This document shows, piece after piece, positions 25,836 through 36,173 of a DNA stretch of 64,000 nt. Within the stretch, counting starts at the first letter, position 1. Every line of letters begins with the position of its first letter. The notes beneath the pieces are model-generated. The model had not been told where the DNA came from. It ran no database searches and was given only the letters and a program-made list of their open reading frames with translations. The stretch lies in the NCBI GenBank assembly GCA_963743305.1, contig CAVUPH010000030.1, positions 32,001 through 96,000 on the forward strand, written 5' to 3'. Made by a program: the position numbers and the translations under genes. This DNA is from an uncultured delta proteobacterium. GTDB taxonomy: Bacteria; Desulfobacterota; RBG-13-43-22.

Positions 25836-28800
25836 TATATTTTCAATATGAGAATAAAAATAAGTCTGATGTTGTTTTTGGTTTTTACGGGTTTGAATTT
25901 TCTGGGGGCTTCTCCCGGTTCCTGCCTGGACATCATCGCCCAGGATGCCGGATTCGATCACACGGTAGCCTTGCGCAAGGATGGGACCGTTTGGACCTGG
26001 GGTTTAAATGGGTCAGGACAACTTGGCGACGGGTCCTGGACCAACAAAAACGTTCCGACCCGAGTGGCCGTGTTGACGGATATTATCCGGATTGCCGCCG
26101 GTTATTATCATAGCCTGGCCATAAAAAAGGACGGGACCCTCTGGGCCTGGGGCGCGAATGGAAACGGTCAACTGGGTGACGGCACCATAGATAACCGATC
26201 CACACCGATACAGGTGAAAGACCCTTCCGATCCTTCAACCTTTCTCACCAATGTCATCGCCGTGGCGGCGGGAGAGAGACATTCCCTGGTGCTCAAAGCC
26301 GATGGAACGGTCTGGTCCTGGGGTTACAACGGGAACGGCCGCCTTGGCGACGGGTCCTATACCGATAGCCGAATTCCTGTCAAAGTCAAGGACCCGACCG
26401 ATGCCTCGGGTTTTCTAACGGGGGTGAAGGCCATCGCAGCAGGCGCCGCGCATTCCATCGCTCTGAAAACCACCCAGACGGTTTGGACTTGGGGCAACCG
26501 GGATTATATGCAGATCGGACGAGACTTCCTGAACACGAATCCTCCCCAGAATGTGAGCGGCCAGGTGGCAGGTTTAACGAATATTATCGCCATCGCGGGA
26601 GGATGGGAACATACGGTGGTCCTCAAGGAGGGCGGTACGGTCTGGGCCGCCGGCCGCAACTTGGAGGGCCAGCTTGGAGATGGTACGACGATAGGATCCA
26701 CCCTGTCGTCTCCTATCAAGTTGTTTGTTCAAGTCATCGATTCCGCCGATCCCACCGGATACCTAACCGGGATCGTGGCCATCGATGCGGATGACCGGCA
26801 TACGGTGGCGGTGAAACAGAACGGGACGGTGTACGGATGGGGATGGAATTATGGGGGTAAGCTATGCGACAGTATTACTGACAACAAAATCACCCCCATA
26901 AAAATGAAAGATCCTTCCGACCCGACGACCTTCCTTTCGGGAGTATATAACGCAACCGCCGGTTCTAATTTCAACTTGATGCTCAAAACGGACGGCACAA
27001 TCTGGGGATGCGGCTATAACTACGCGGGACAACTTGGCACCGGTGCCTCCTCGGGGAACCCCATATCGACCCCGGTTCAAACCGTGATGCCGCCGCTCAA
27101 GTTGGTCTACCTCTGGGGCCTGGATTACATCGTCCCCGGGGAGGAAGCCACTTTTCTAGTGGCTTTTGAAAACCTCACCGCAACGGTCCTGGACCAGGCG
27201 GTGGTGGTCGTAGACTTTCCCAAGCAATTCAGGTACGTGTCCAGTACCGGAGGGGGAATCCATCGGGATGATCAGCCGACCAACCAGGTTTTCTGGAAGT
27301 TAGGCAATCTCCCCGCCGGGGCCAAGGGGCAGGTGACTTTAAAAGCCGAGGTCCCCTGGGGCATGCCGCTGCATAACTTCAACTTGGCCGCAGTGGAGAT
27401 CGGTGCCCGCAACACGACCCCTCGTTTTGACCTGGAGGAATACCTGATTTGGCAACCGAACCTGGTCTCCGAAACAAAAATGACTCCGGCGGAGATTCAA
27501 CAGCAATTAACCCAGGACCCCAACCTGCAGCCGTTGCTCCAGTACGCGACCCAGACCATGGGCCGCTTCATATTTTTAAACGTGGCCAAACGGTTTGAAT
27601 ACCGGGATGGAACCGAGATGACCTGTTTTACCCTGCTGGATACCCAAAGCTTCGGACCAGCCTTTCTTTACAGCAACGGGCGGGCGGCGTTCATCGAAAA
27701 ATTCGACGGATCGAAAATAATCCGTTTTGACTCCCAGGGGGGGTATAGCGAGGACCTGGTGGACGGATCTTTTCGGGTCTGGGGGCGCTGGGCGGAAACC
27801 ACCGGCATTTTGTCCGAATCTCGGGCCTCCGCAACGGCGCCGAGTCTAAACGATGATGTCACCCCCGCTCATAACGTTGCCCTCTGCATGACGAACTGCA
27901 TGGTGAACCGTGGCTTTCGCTCACTATCGAGGCTGAGGGATTTAATTTATGAGGAGGAAATCAACCTTACTAGCGATTGTCAGGTCTGTCTCGTGTCCTT
28001 GGGATATAATGTGTTGTCTGAAGACGCCTGCATTAAATGCATGGGGGCCTGGGATGATTCCAGAGAAAACAATACTGGAATAGCCGGGGAATGCCTTTAC
28101 GATTGCAAGAAAAATCCCCTTCATCATATCTGCACCCAGGACAGCCGGTATTGTGAACAATCTCTCGATGACCTGGATATGGGAGAGGACTACTTTGGGA
28201 TGGTTGCCGCATTAAGACGTTGTGACCCCAAAACCGGAACTTATGAAAACTTCACCTGGAAGCTAAACTGTTCCTATTCACTTCTCGAAGAATGCCGTGG
28301 CGGGGTCTGTATATCAGGCAAGCCGAATTGCCCCGGTCGACAGCCGGAGGCGAATACGCCGCTTCCCCTGAACCTTCCCGGTTTGATTGCTAATGGCAAT
28401 CTCACCGGAACTGCCGGATGTCCCATTGAATTCATGAATACTTTGCTCTTTGAGACCCGGACGGCCCATGACCCGAATATCAAGTCATCCAATGTAAAAG
28501 GAGACGTTTTGCCCGGAGAAAGCGTCACCTACACGGTGGAATACGAAAACCTGGGGGCCGGAACGGCCTACGGGGTGTATATCCTCGACCCGCTGGATAC
28601 CAACCTGGATGAAAGCACCCTGGCGATCAACAACGGCGGATCGTACCAGGCTCCAATCCACTTGCTGACCTGGGATATCGGCACCGTTGTCCCCGGCGGC
28701 AAAGGTTCCGTTTCCTTCAGCGTCAAGGTCAAGGCCGGAGTGGCCGCCGGGACCAGCATCGTCAACCAGGCGCAGGTCTATTTCCCCAGCGCCAATGAAG

Positions 28801-29843
28801 TGACGCCCACCAATGCGGTCATCCATCAGGTGAGAGGCCTGGTAGCCAACCCTCAGATACTAAATGCCATTTCCGGTTCACCCCTGTCCCTTACCTTGAC
28901 CGGAAAAGACTCCGGTTCGAAACCCCTTACCTTTCAGATAACCTCCCCGCCGGGATTTGGAACACTAAGCGGTACACCGCCGGCTTTGATCTATACTTCC
29001 ATGGAAGAATTCATCGGTCAGGACATCTTTACCTTTGCGGTGAATAACGGACTTGAGACCAGCCCCCCGGCACTGGTCAAGGTCAATGTTTCCGTCAACC
29101 CGCAGGATATTAAGCCCCCGAAAGTCACCGACACGTCGCCCAAGACAGGGGCCGCCGGCGTTCACCTGACCGCTATCCCCATCCAGTCCAACCCGGATCG
29201 TTTTGCCCCGCGGATTACGGCCGTTTTCTCAGAGCCCCTGGACGGTTCGACCGTTACCGGCAACACCTTCATCCTTAACGGGGGGCTCACCGGTCAGATC
29301 CTCTATAACGACCTCACCAGGACGGCCTATTATATCCCCACCAAGGCCCTCAACTACTCTACTACCTATACCGCCCGGCTCACGACCGGCATTAAAGACA
29401 AAAAAGGGAACCCCCTGGCCGCGGAGTATTCCTGGCAGTTTACCACCGAGAGCCCGATTAATCTCCAGGTCGCCCTTCCGGATCTGGCGAACGAGATTAA
29501 TTTTGGGGATCAGGCGGTCAACGTCCTTTCCCTGGCCAAAACAGTTTCCCTGGCCAGCACCGGCATGGCCAACTTAAATTTGGGAACCGCGTCTTTGACC
29601 GGAACAAACGGTGCAGATTTTAGAATTCTAGCAGATTCCTGTTCGGGGAAAACCTTAGCGCCTTCCCGGGAATGCGCGATCCAGATGGCCTTCCAGCCCC
29701 TTTCCGCCGGTCAGAGGAGCGGGTCCCTTTCCATCCCTTCCAATGACCCGGACCTGCCTTCGACAAATATACTTTTAAAAGGACAGGGGATCGGTTCAGG
29801 CCCCCCCTGGTTCATTTGGCTGCCGCTCATAATGCGGCCTTAG
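25824..29843 (+). CDS. large exported protein: RCC1 repeats, DUF11-like Ig domains, Cys-rich core, Ig-like domains, C-terminal WLPLIMRP tag
   Basis: repeated H(S/T)xAxxxDGT(V/L)WxWGxNxxGQLGDG; YTVEYENLG, DPNIKS; many Cys at aa ~690-870; start uncertain. Confidence 0.85.
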   Translation: MRFAYIFNMRIKISLMLFLVFTGLNFLGASPGSCLDIIAQDAGFDHTVALRKDGTVWTWGLNGSGQLGDGSWTNKNVPTRVAVLTDIIRIAAGYYHSLAIKKDGTLWAWGANGNGQLGDGTIDNRSTPIQVKDPSDPSTFLTNVIAVAAGERHSLVLKADGTVWSWGYNGNGRLGDGSYTDSRIPVKVKDPTDASGFLTGVKAIAAGAAHSIALKTTQTVWTWGNRDYMQIGRDFLNTNPPQNVSGQVAGLTNIIAIAGGWEHTVVLKEGGTVWAAGRNLEGQLGDGTTIGSTLSSPIKLFVQVIDSADPTGYLTGIVAIDADDRHTVAVKQNGTVYGWGWNYGGKLCDSITDNKITPIKMKDPSDPTTFLSGVYNATAGSNFNLMLKTDGTIWGCGYNYAGQLGTGASSGNPISTPVQTVMPPLKLVYLWGLDYIVPGEEATFLVAFENLTATVLDQAVVVVDFPKQFRYVSSTGGGIHRDDQPTNQVFWKLGNLPAGAKGQVTLKAEVPWGMPLHNFNLAAVEIGARNTTPRFDLEEYLIWQPNLVSETKMTPAEIQQQLTQDPNLQPLLQYATQTMGRFIFLNVAKRFEYRDGTEMTCFTLLDTQSFGPAFLYSNGRAAFIEKFDGSKIIRFDSQGGYSEDLVDGSFRVWGRWAETTGILSESRASATAPSLNDDVTPAHNVALCMTNCMVNRGFRSLSRLRDLIYEEEINLTSDCQVCLVSLGYNVLSEDACIKCMGAWDDSRENNTGIAGECLYDCKKNPLHHICTQDSRYCEQSLDDLDMGEDYFGMVAALRRCDPKTGTYENFTWKLNCSYSLLEECRGGVCISGKPNCPGRQPEANTPLPLNLPGLIANGNLTGTAGCPIEFMNTLLFETRTAHDPNIKSSNVKGDVLPGESVTYTVEYENLGAGTAYGVYILDPLDTNLDESTLAINNGGSYQAPIHLLTWDIGTVVPGGKGSVSFSVKVKAGVAAGTSIVNQAQVYFPSANEVTPTNAVIHQVRGLVANPQILNAISGSPLSLTLTGKDSGSKPLTFQITSPPGFGTLSGTPPALIYTSMEEFIGQDIFTFAVNNGLETSPPALVKVNVSVNPQDIKPPKVTDTSPKTGAAGVHLTAIPIQSNPDRFAPRITAVFSEPLDGSTVTGNTFILNGGLTGQILYNDLTRTAYYIPTKALNYSTTYTARLTTGIKDKKGNPLAAEYSWQFTTESPINLQVALPDLANEINFGDQAVNVLSLAKTVSLASTGMANLNLGTASLTGTNGADFRILADSCSGKTLAPSRECAIQMAFQPLSAGQRSGSLSIPSNDPDLPSTNILLKGQGIGSGPPWFIWLPLIMRP

Positions 29844-29939
29844 GGAAAACCTGATCGGAGGCCTCTGCCTCTGATCCTGAAAAAACCCTAACGCCGGACG
29901 GTCCGTCTGTTCCGAGGACCGGTCGGGACTTCTGCCTTC

Positions 29940-30080
29940 CCCTCTCTGGCCGAGGCCGAGCGGGACCTGATCCGCCGTGCCCTGGAGCACTTCAAAGGGA
30001 AGAAGAACCAAGCCGCCAAACTGCTGGGCATCAGCCGCAGCCATCTGCGCTACCGGATGAAGCTGCATAATTCGCCCTGA
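29940..30080 (+). pseudogene. diverged copy of the NtrC HTH 3' end
   Basis: LAEAERDLIRRALEHFKGKKNQAAKLLGISRSHLRYRMKLH vs 25348-25485. Confidence 0.85.
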
Positions 30081-30097
30081 TTTCCCATGGACCAATC

Positions 30098-30142
30098 GGT
30101 TCAAATCGGCCAGAAGAAAAGATGAACTGGTTGATATCAACC
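30098..30142. promoter_or_regulatory. second tandem enhancer-like site
   Basis: GGTTCAAATCGGCC (30098) and GGTTGATATCAACC (30129), 31 bp apart. Confidence 0.6.
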
Positions 30143-30356
30143 GACTTGAAAATCGGCTCTTCCTTTATCAACATTTACTATTGGATTTTATTAAGTTTTC
30201 CAACTGCCGCCGCTTCTCTGATTCCGGCGCAGAAAATGCATTACATCGGAAGTGAAGGCGTGTAGCCTATAGCTTGAAGCAACCGTCAGCTTGTTTTCAG
30301 CCATCTTTTTTAGAAGCCAGTTCATAAGAAAACTCATCTGAATGGGAGGAGATTTT

Positions 30357-30896
30357 ATGAATGCTAATCGATCCGCGGCAGGACGTATTCTTCGTTTCGC
30401 GGTACTGGGTATGGTTTTTCATTTATTCGTTTTTACCATGAACGGTGACGCGGGAAAATTACAAAATGGTTCTACCTGGAAAATTTTCCTCCCTCTATTA
30501 AGCACAGAACCCCTTTCTCCTGCTCAGTTGGCTTTTATAGGGCAAATCGGCTATCCACAACAATTTGTTAAAATGTTTTCGCATGAAGGATCAAAAGCGC
30601 GAGTCGATGAAATCTGGGTATATACCCCGCAAAAGATAGCGGAGCATTTCATCAACGGAGTATTTGTCAAAGAATCGACCTTTTCCGGCACCTATGCCGC
30701 CAGCGCTCCCTCTGTTTATAAACCCCAGGACTTTCATCATGGCACAGCGATTCAGGATATCGTTGCCCGATTCGGTCAACCTTCCTCTCAAAAACAAGAA
30801 ACCGTCTGGAACGGCACCCTGAAAACCTATGTGTATCCATCCATTTTTTTTGTCTTTAATAACGATCTGTTAGTCTCTCTAACCGCCCTGCGATAA
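30357..30896 (+). CDS. hypothetical exported protein with an IFLPLL tag after the signal peptide
   Basis: GGAGGAG RBS; hydrophobic N-terminus then STWKIFLPLLST. Confidence 0.65.
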   Translation: MNANRSAAGRILRFAVLGMVFHLFVFTMNGDAGKLQNGSTWKIFLPLLSTEPLSPAQLAFIGQIGYPQQFVKMFSHEGSKARVDEIWVYTPQKIAEHFINGVFVKESTFSGTYAASAPSVYKPQDFHHGTAIQDIVARFGQPSSQKQETVWNGTLKTYVYPSIFFVFNNDLLVSLTALR

Positions 30897-30923
30897 GTTT
30901 TCATTTCCGGAGGACATTTCAAC

Positions 30924-32151
30924 ATGAAACCCAACCGAATCTTTTTGGGACAAGAAGGACTGATCGGGGTCGTCGTCGTGGTCACCCTCTCCATAATCGG
31001 CACCCTGGGGCTACTGGTTATGAATGGCCCGGATGCCGTTAATCAATACAATAACTCTTTACACCGTATCCGGACTGAAAGCCCAACGAATGAAGATATG
31101 CAATACGTAGCCGATAATCTCGGTAGCCTTACCGATGCCGCCGGAGGGATTACCTATACCAACGGGTGCGGATGATGTTCTCGCCACACCACTGCTAGTC
31201 ATAATAAATGGCTCGGTGGAAATGGGCAGCAAGCCTATTCCAGACCGCACTCAGGGATTCGGCCAACGTGGCCAGGTGGTTGCATGCGGCATAACGGTCG
31301 ACAAAACACTCGCCAAACCCGGAGATTATGTTACGGCTACGATTGCCATCCCCACACCCTTTCAAAGTAAAATAAGCAGAATCGTCGGGGAAGCCGGTGC
31401 GGAAGGTTTTGGAGTATCTCCCGCCGGCGGAACGAATACTTTTAGTATTCCTTGCTCCAATGAAACAAGTCTTTTCCAGGTCCGTTTTGATGCTTATGAC
31501 CATCAGGGGGGGATTGCCTGCTCAGGATCCGTTTCGGTGAATATTGATTTTTCCACGCTTTTGACCACGCTGATATCTCCCACGGGGACCATCGATTCTC
31601 ACCTGCCAACTTATAAATGGAATGCGATTTGCGGCGCCAAATCGTATTGGTTACAGGTAGATGATACCACCAAAAGGGGTAAGATCTACGAGGGTTATTC
31701 CTCTTCGGAAGCGGGTTGTGCTTCGGGGACCGGCACCTGTTCCGTGACGCCATCGGTCAGCATAGCAGATGGGAATGCGACCTGGTGGGTAGCCGCCTGC
31801 CATGCGGTAGCCTGCGGAGCCTGGAGCAATGCCCTGGGATTCATTGTTGGTGCAGCCCAGGATCCCATCGTGGGACTCTGGAGCACAGGTGACGGGGGAC
31901 AGGCCCTGATGGCGAAAGGCACTAACTATCAATTTGAGGCCAAGGTCACCCAGCAGGGAACCTGGTGGACCGAACGCGGCATCATGGTAGGGAACGTGGT
32001 CTGGCGGTTGAATAAACAACCGGATGGGCATTACAAGGGCGATGCGGCGGTAAATGGGAATTATTCCTATTGGTGGCCGTTGGATGTGGTGGTCCAGGGA
32101 AATCAAATGATCGACAATACCGGCAAACTGATTGCGACCAAGGCACAATAA
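30924..32151 (+). CDS. membrane-anchored Ig/Fn3-like protein, probably frameshifted near 31150 (ORFs 30924-31175 + 31135-32151)
   Basis: GGAGGA RBS at 30909; pilin-like N-terminal TM; downstream PTYKWNA..SYWLQV...WWV Fn3-like region lacks its own RBS. Confidence 0.55.
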
Positions 32152-32261
32152 TATCCGCCCGGGCTCTCCCTTGGGGGCGAAAGGCTGACAGGGAAGGCAA
32201 ACATCGTTAGAGGGCGGTCGACTTTTTGACTGGGCGTGGCGGGGAATAATAAATCATCACC

Positions 32262-33524
32262 ATGATCAAGAAAATCTTATTCCCGGTTTTTCTTTTGACG
32301 GTCATCCTGGCCCTGGAAATTCAGGCGGCCGAGGTTCGCCTGCCTAAGACCGGGCAGGCAAACTGTTTTGACGGGGTTTGGGGGTACCAAGTGGAATGCC
32401 GGGGTTCCGGGCAGGATGGAGAATACCGGACCGGGGCGGCTTGGCCTATTCCGCGGTTCACCAACCCGGACGGAAGCCTGCCCATCAGCAAGGAGGAAAT
32501 TCTGGACCGGCTGACCGGACTCATCTGGACCAAGGACGTCACCTCGCCGAACCGGGGATTTTGCACCGGGGGATCAAAAAACTGGGGCCCGGCCTTCGAT
32601 TATATCAAGTGCCTGAACGATACCCGATACTTGAATCACGAAGATTGGAGGATGCCGAATACCGTCGAACTGGCCAGCCTGCACCATGACGGCCAGATAC
32701 GGGATGATCAGTGGCTGGAAACCTTGGGATTTGTTTTTAATCCATTTTCTATCATCTGGTCTTCGACCACCAACGTGAAAAGTCCCGACACGGTCTTTTA
32801 CGGCCTCCCCTATTATCTCCTGCCCCTGAATCATACCGGCAAAAGCGCGATTCAAGACTCGGTCGTCTGGCCGGTTCGGGGCGGCGGGGCGATTCCGGGG
32901 GGAAACGGGGTCGTTCCCCTGGCCCGCACCGGACAAACCGGTTGTTATTTTTGGGAACCGCCCTATTACCCGATTGACTGCGCCGGCACGGGTCAGGACG
33001 GAGAATCGAGAAGAGGGGTGCCTTGGCCCGATCCCCGGTTTGCCAATCCGGATGGGGGCTGGCCGGTCAGCGGCGAAGAGGTCCTGGACCGGCTCACCGG
33101 GTTGATCTGGACCCGCGGGGTGGGAACCCCGGGCCCTCAGTCCTGCCAGTCCCTGGAAACGAAAAGCTGGGTTCAGGCCCTGGCGCACGTCCAATGCCTG
33201 AACCAGGAACAGTATTTGGGCCGCAAAGACTGGCGCCTGCCCAACGTGGTGGAACTGCAAAGCCTGACCGATCACCAGGCCCATGATCCGGCCCTTGCCG
33301 CGGACCATCCTTTTACCCATATCGATCCGGACCCGGCAAAACGCTACGTCTGGACGTCGACTTCGCTTCTATCCAATCCCCGCTCCGCCCATGCGTATGA
33401 CCTGTTCACGGGCGCGGTTAATTCCGGGGACAAATTTAACCAACGGTACTACGCCTGGCCCGTCCGGGGCGGGGAGCTAGGTGCCCAATACTCCATTTTC
33501 CTGCCCCTGCTCCTTCGGCCATGA
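32262..33524 (+). CDS. exported protein with two DUF1566 (Lcl-C) domains and C-terminal IFLPLLLRP tag
   Basis: twice KTGQ..C/WP.PRF/DRLTGLIW/DWR.PN..EL/WPVRGG. Confidence 0.88.
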   Translation: MIKKILFPVFLLTVILALEIQAAEVRLPKTGQANCFDGVWGYQVECRGSGQDGEYRTGAAWPIPRFTNPDGSLPISKEEILDRLTGLIWTKDVTSPNRGFCTGGSKNWGPAFDYIKCLNDTRYLNHEDWRMPNTVELASLHHDGQIRDDQWLETLGFVFNPFSIIWSSTTNVKSPDTVFYGLPYYLLPLNHTGKSAIQDSVVWPVRGGGAIPGGNGVVPLARTGQTGCYFWEPPYYPIDCAGTGQDGESRRGVPWPDPRFANPDGGWPVSGEEVLDRLTGLIWTRGVGTPGPQSCQSLETKSWVQALAHVQCLNQEQYLGRKDWRLPNVVELQSLTDHQAHDPALAADHPFTHIDPDPAKRYVWTSTSLLSNPRSAHAYDLFTGAVNSGDKFNQRYYAWPVRGGELGAQYSIFLPLLLRP

Positions 33525-33724
33525 CCTGGACCGGAATCTTCTTCCTCCGTTATTTGAGCAATAAAAATAGGCTAGGGGTCTTTACTTTTGACAAAAAGTC
33601 AATGCCCGGGGGCTGGCTTGCCTATTGCTTTTGGTCCGTCTCCCCGGCAGAGGGAAAAAGGATGAAGCCTTGGTCTTTGCTTGGTCCGACCCTCCGTTTC
33701 AGGACCAGCCATCAAGACCAGCGG

Positions 33725-34795
33725 TCAATGCACCTCGGCCGGCAAGAACTTGAACGGTTCAACCGGTTTGAATTGGCCCGCGGCATTTCCGGAATAAAAA
33801 GTTCCTCCGGTCAGGGTCAGCCTTAGGGCGGGTTTTCCCGCGGCCAGATCCAGGTCGGCCAGATCGACCCAGAACACATTCGGACTACGCGCCGAATCGA
33901 AGTAATAGCGCTTGTTTTTGTGGTCCGCCACCGTGCGCCAAAGGGTCGAGGAAATATTGGGTTGACCGGGCGTCTTGATCCCTAAGGGCACCGACACATT
34001 CCGAATCACCGAGAAGACGCTCGCCACCGCCTCGGCCTTATCGGCCGTCTGGGGAATGGCGTTGATGTAGAAGGAAGCGCGCGCGAATCGATCTGCCGAT
34101 CGGTTGGTGCCGGGCAACATAACGAGCCCGCCGATCTGCTGCCAGTAGGCATTCAGCGCGAGTTGCTGATCGAACTTGGGGGAGTTCGTCATGACCTGAT
34201 ATTGGCGTCCATGATGAATCATCAACTTCCCCTCGATATATTCCAGTATGGCCGAGTCGCCGGTTGGGTCCGACATCGACAGATGGACATGGCCGGCATG
34301 ACCGTCCGGCGATTTGACCTGAACGACGTAGAACGGCTCCTGACGAAGCGCGGCCACCGCCTCCGCGACCGTGGCGTAATTGTCGAGCACGTATTGCACC
34401 CAAACCGAGATGGACATGGGGAGGCGTGGGTCCTTAGCCGCGGGCTGAGGATATTCGGATTCCGCCAGGTATAAGAGGTTGGCCACCAGACCCTGATCAT
34501 TCAGGCCATCGGCCGTGCCGGCCTCGAATACCGAGGTGATGACGCTGCCGTATTTCGACGTCCAGCGGATTGATCTGCTCCCCGCCGCCCCATCGCGCGG
34601 CATGCCGCGAGGGAAGGCCCAGAGGTTTGACCCCATGTCCGACAACCAGTCCATGCTGCGGGCGGTGATGATGGTTCCTTGGGGCCCGAGATAGACTGCT
34701 CGAGTACAGGCCGGAGCCTCTGGCAGCAATACGGTCGTCAGGCCAAAAAAAATCAACGCGGCCCAGAGGGCCGGGTTCGTCCATTTCACTTTCAT
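33725..34795 (-). CDS. linear amide C-N hydrolase (choloylglycine hydrolase / penicillin V acylase family)
   Basis: signal peptide then N-terminal nucleophile CTR, ARSMDW, MTNSP, DRFARA. Confidence 0.9.
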   Translation of the reverse strand: MKVKWTNPALWAALIFFGLTTVLLPEAPACTRAVYLGPQGTIITARSMDWLSDMGSNLWAFPRGMPRDGAAGSRSIRWTSKYGSVITSVFEAGTADGLNDQGLVANLLYLAESEYPQPAAKDPRLPMSISVWVQYVLDNYATVAEAVAALRQEPFYVVQVKSPDGHAGHVHLSMSDPTGDSAILEYIEGKLMIHHGRQYQVMTNSPKFDQQLALNAYWQQIGGLVMLPGTNRSADRFARASFYINAIPQTADKAEAVASVFSVIRNVSVPLGIKTPGQPNISSTLWRTVADHKNKRYYFDSARSPNVFWVDLADLDLAAGKPALRLTLTGGTFYSGNAAGQFKPVEPFKFLPAEVH

Positions 34796-34821
34796 AATTC
34801 GTTCTCCCGCTTAGATTTAGT

Positions 34822-35733
34822 TCATCCTTGGTATTTGAGGAAAGTCCCCTGTTGATACTCTTCGAAGGCTATTCGTAATTCCTCATTGGTGTTCATGACT
34901 ATGGGCCCATACCAGGCGACCGGTTCACCAATGGGCTTCCCGGAAATCAGGAGGAATCTCACTTGATGCCCTTCGGTAGAGACCAATATCTCGTCACCGT
35001 CAGCGAACAGAACAATCGTCTCGTTGCTGACAAAGGGATCGCGCTGAAGGTCAAAGTAGTTCCTTCCCACCACTTCGTAACTGAAAGGATTCTTCTCCTG
35101 GCAGAAATATCCTTGGCCCTCGATCAGGTAAGCGAAGACCGTATGGCCTCGTTTCGTGGGGTGCCGGAACTCTGAATGTGCCGGAACGGTAACGTCGATG
35201 AACTCGGGATCGATGACGATATCCCGTACCGGACCTTTAATGCCGGATACTTCACCGGAAATGATCTTGACAGTCGCACCGTTGGGGAGTTTGACTTCGG
35301 GTATCTGTTCGCTCGTTACATCCCGATAGCGCGGGTCCATCATCTTGTCCCGGGAGGGCAGATTGGCCCAGAGTTGAAACCCGTACATTTTTCCGTTTCG
35401 ATCCCCTTTTGGCATTTCCTGGTGGATGATCCCGCTGCCGGCAGTCATCCACTGGACATCCCCCGAGCCGATAATTCCTTTGTTGCCAAGACTGTCACCG
35501 TGTTCGACGTCTCCCTCCAGAACATAGGTGATTGTTTCGATCCCGCGATGTGGATGCCAGGGAAAACCTCTCAGATAGTGATCCGGATTATCAGAACGGA
35601 AATCGTCCAGAAGCAGAAAAGGATCGAACAGGGGCACCTCAGCGTTCCCCAGAGCCCTTTTCAGATGAACACCGGCGCCTTCAATCGTTGGTTTGCTCTT
35701 TAGCACTTTATGGATTTGTCGAGTGGTAGGCAT
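34822..35733 (-). CDS. pirin family protein
   Basis: DPFLLLD, FPWHPHRGIETITY, QWMTAGSGIIHQE, GPIVMN. Confidence 0.95.
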   Translation of the reverse strand: MPTTRQIHKVLKSKPTIEGAGVHLKRALGNAEVPLFDPFLLLDDFRSDNPDHYLRGFPWHPHRGIETITYVLEGDVEHGDSLGNKGIIGSGDVQWMTAGSGIIHQEMPKGDRNGKMYGFQLWANLPSRDKMMDPRYRDVTSEQIPEVKLPNGATVKIISGEVSGIKGPVRDIVIDPEFIDVTVPAHSEFRHPTKRGHTVFAYLIEGQGYFCQEKNPFSYEVVGRNYFDLQRDPFVSNETIVLFADGDEILVSTEGHQVRFLLISGKPIGEPVAWYGPIVMNTNEELRIAFEEYQQGTFLKYQG

Positions 35734-36173
35734 CGCAGGTCCTTTCTTCGTAAAAAATAAGACTTCATCCTGTCTGAAGTGATTAAGCGGCCGGTAATCG
35801 GCCGTCGAGAATAACTCATTGTTTTTTTTGTCTTTTCAATTTAATAGAATTATAGGTTGACAAATGAGGATCGGTCAAGAAAATATTGAGGAGTGTATTT
35901 TTTAGGAGAACACGGGGAGGGGATCCAGGTGGTCATACAGATTTATTTTCTTTTTGACGGAGGCCTCGAGAGAAGTTACTATGGTGTCCCTGGCAAAGGT
36001 AAGCTCTTATTTGCGCCGAAGAATTTCGTCTGACGATTTACTCTTTACACGTGTGGAAGGTATTCTGGCGCCATGCCGGCCGGAGAGAGAACTGGGACAC
36101 TTTGTTGATCGAGATCAGAAAACGGGCTGAGTACGCAAACCGCTAAAAAAGACGAAGGCATCGGAATCCGATC

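Noticed and set aside
32262-33524. DGR target (DUF1566) with four-helix-bundle genes as Avd
   Set aside because: No reverse transcriptase and no template repeat differing at adenines was found in the window; a remote DGR cannot be excluded.
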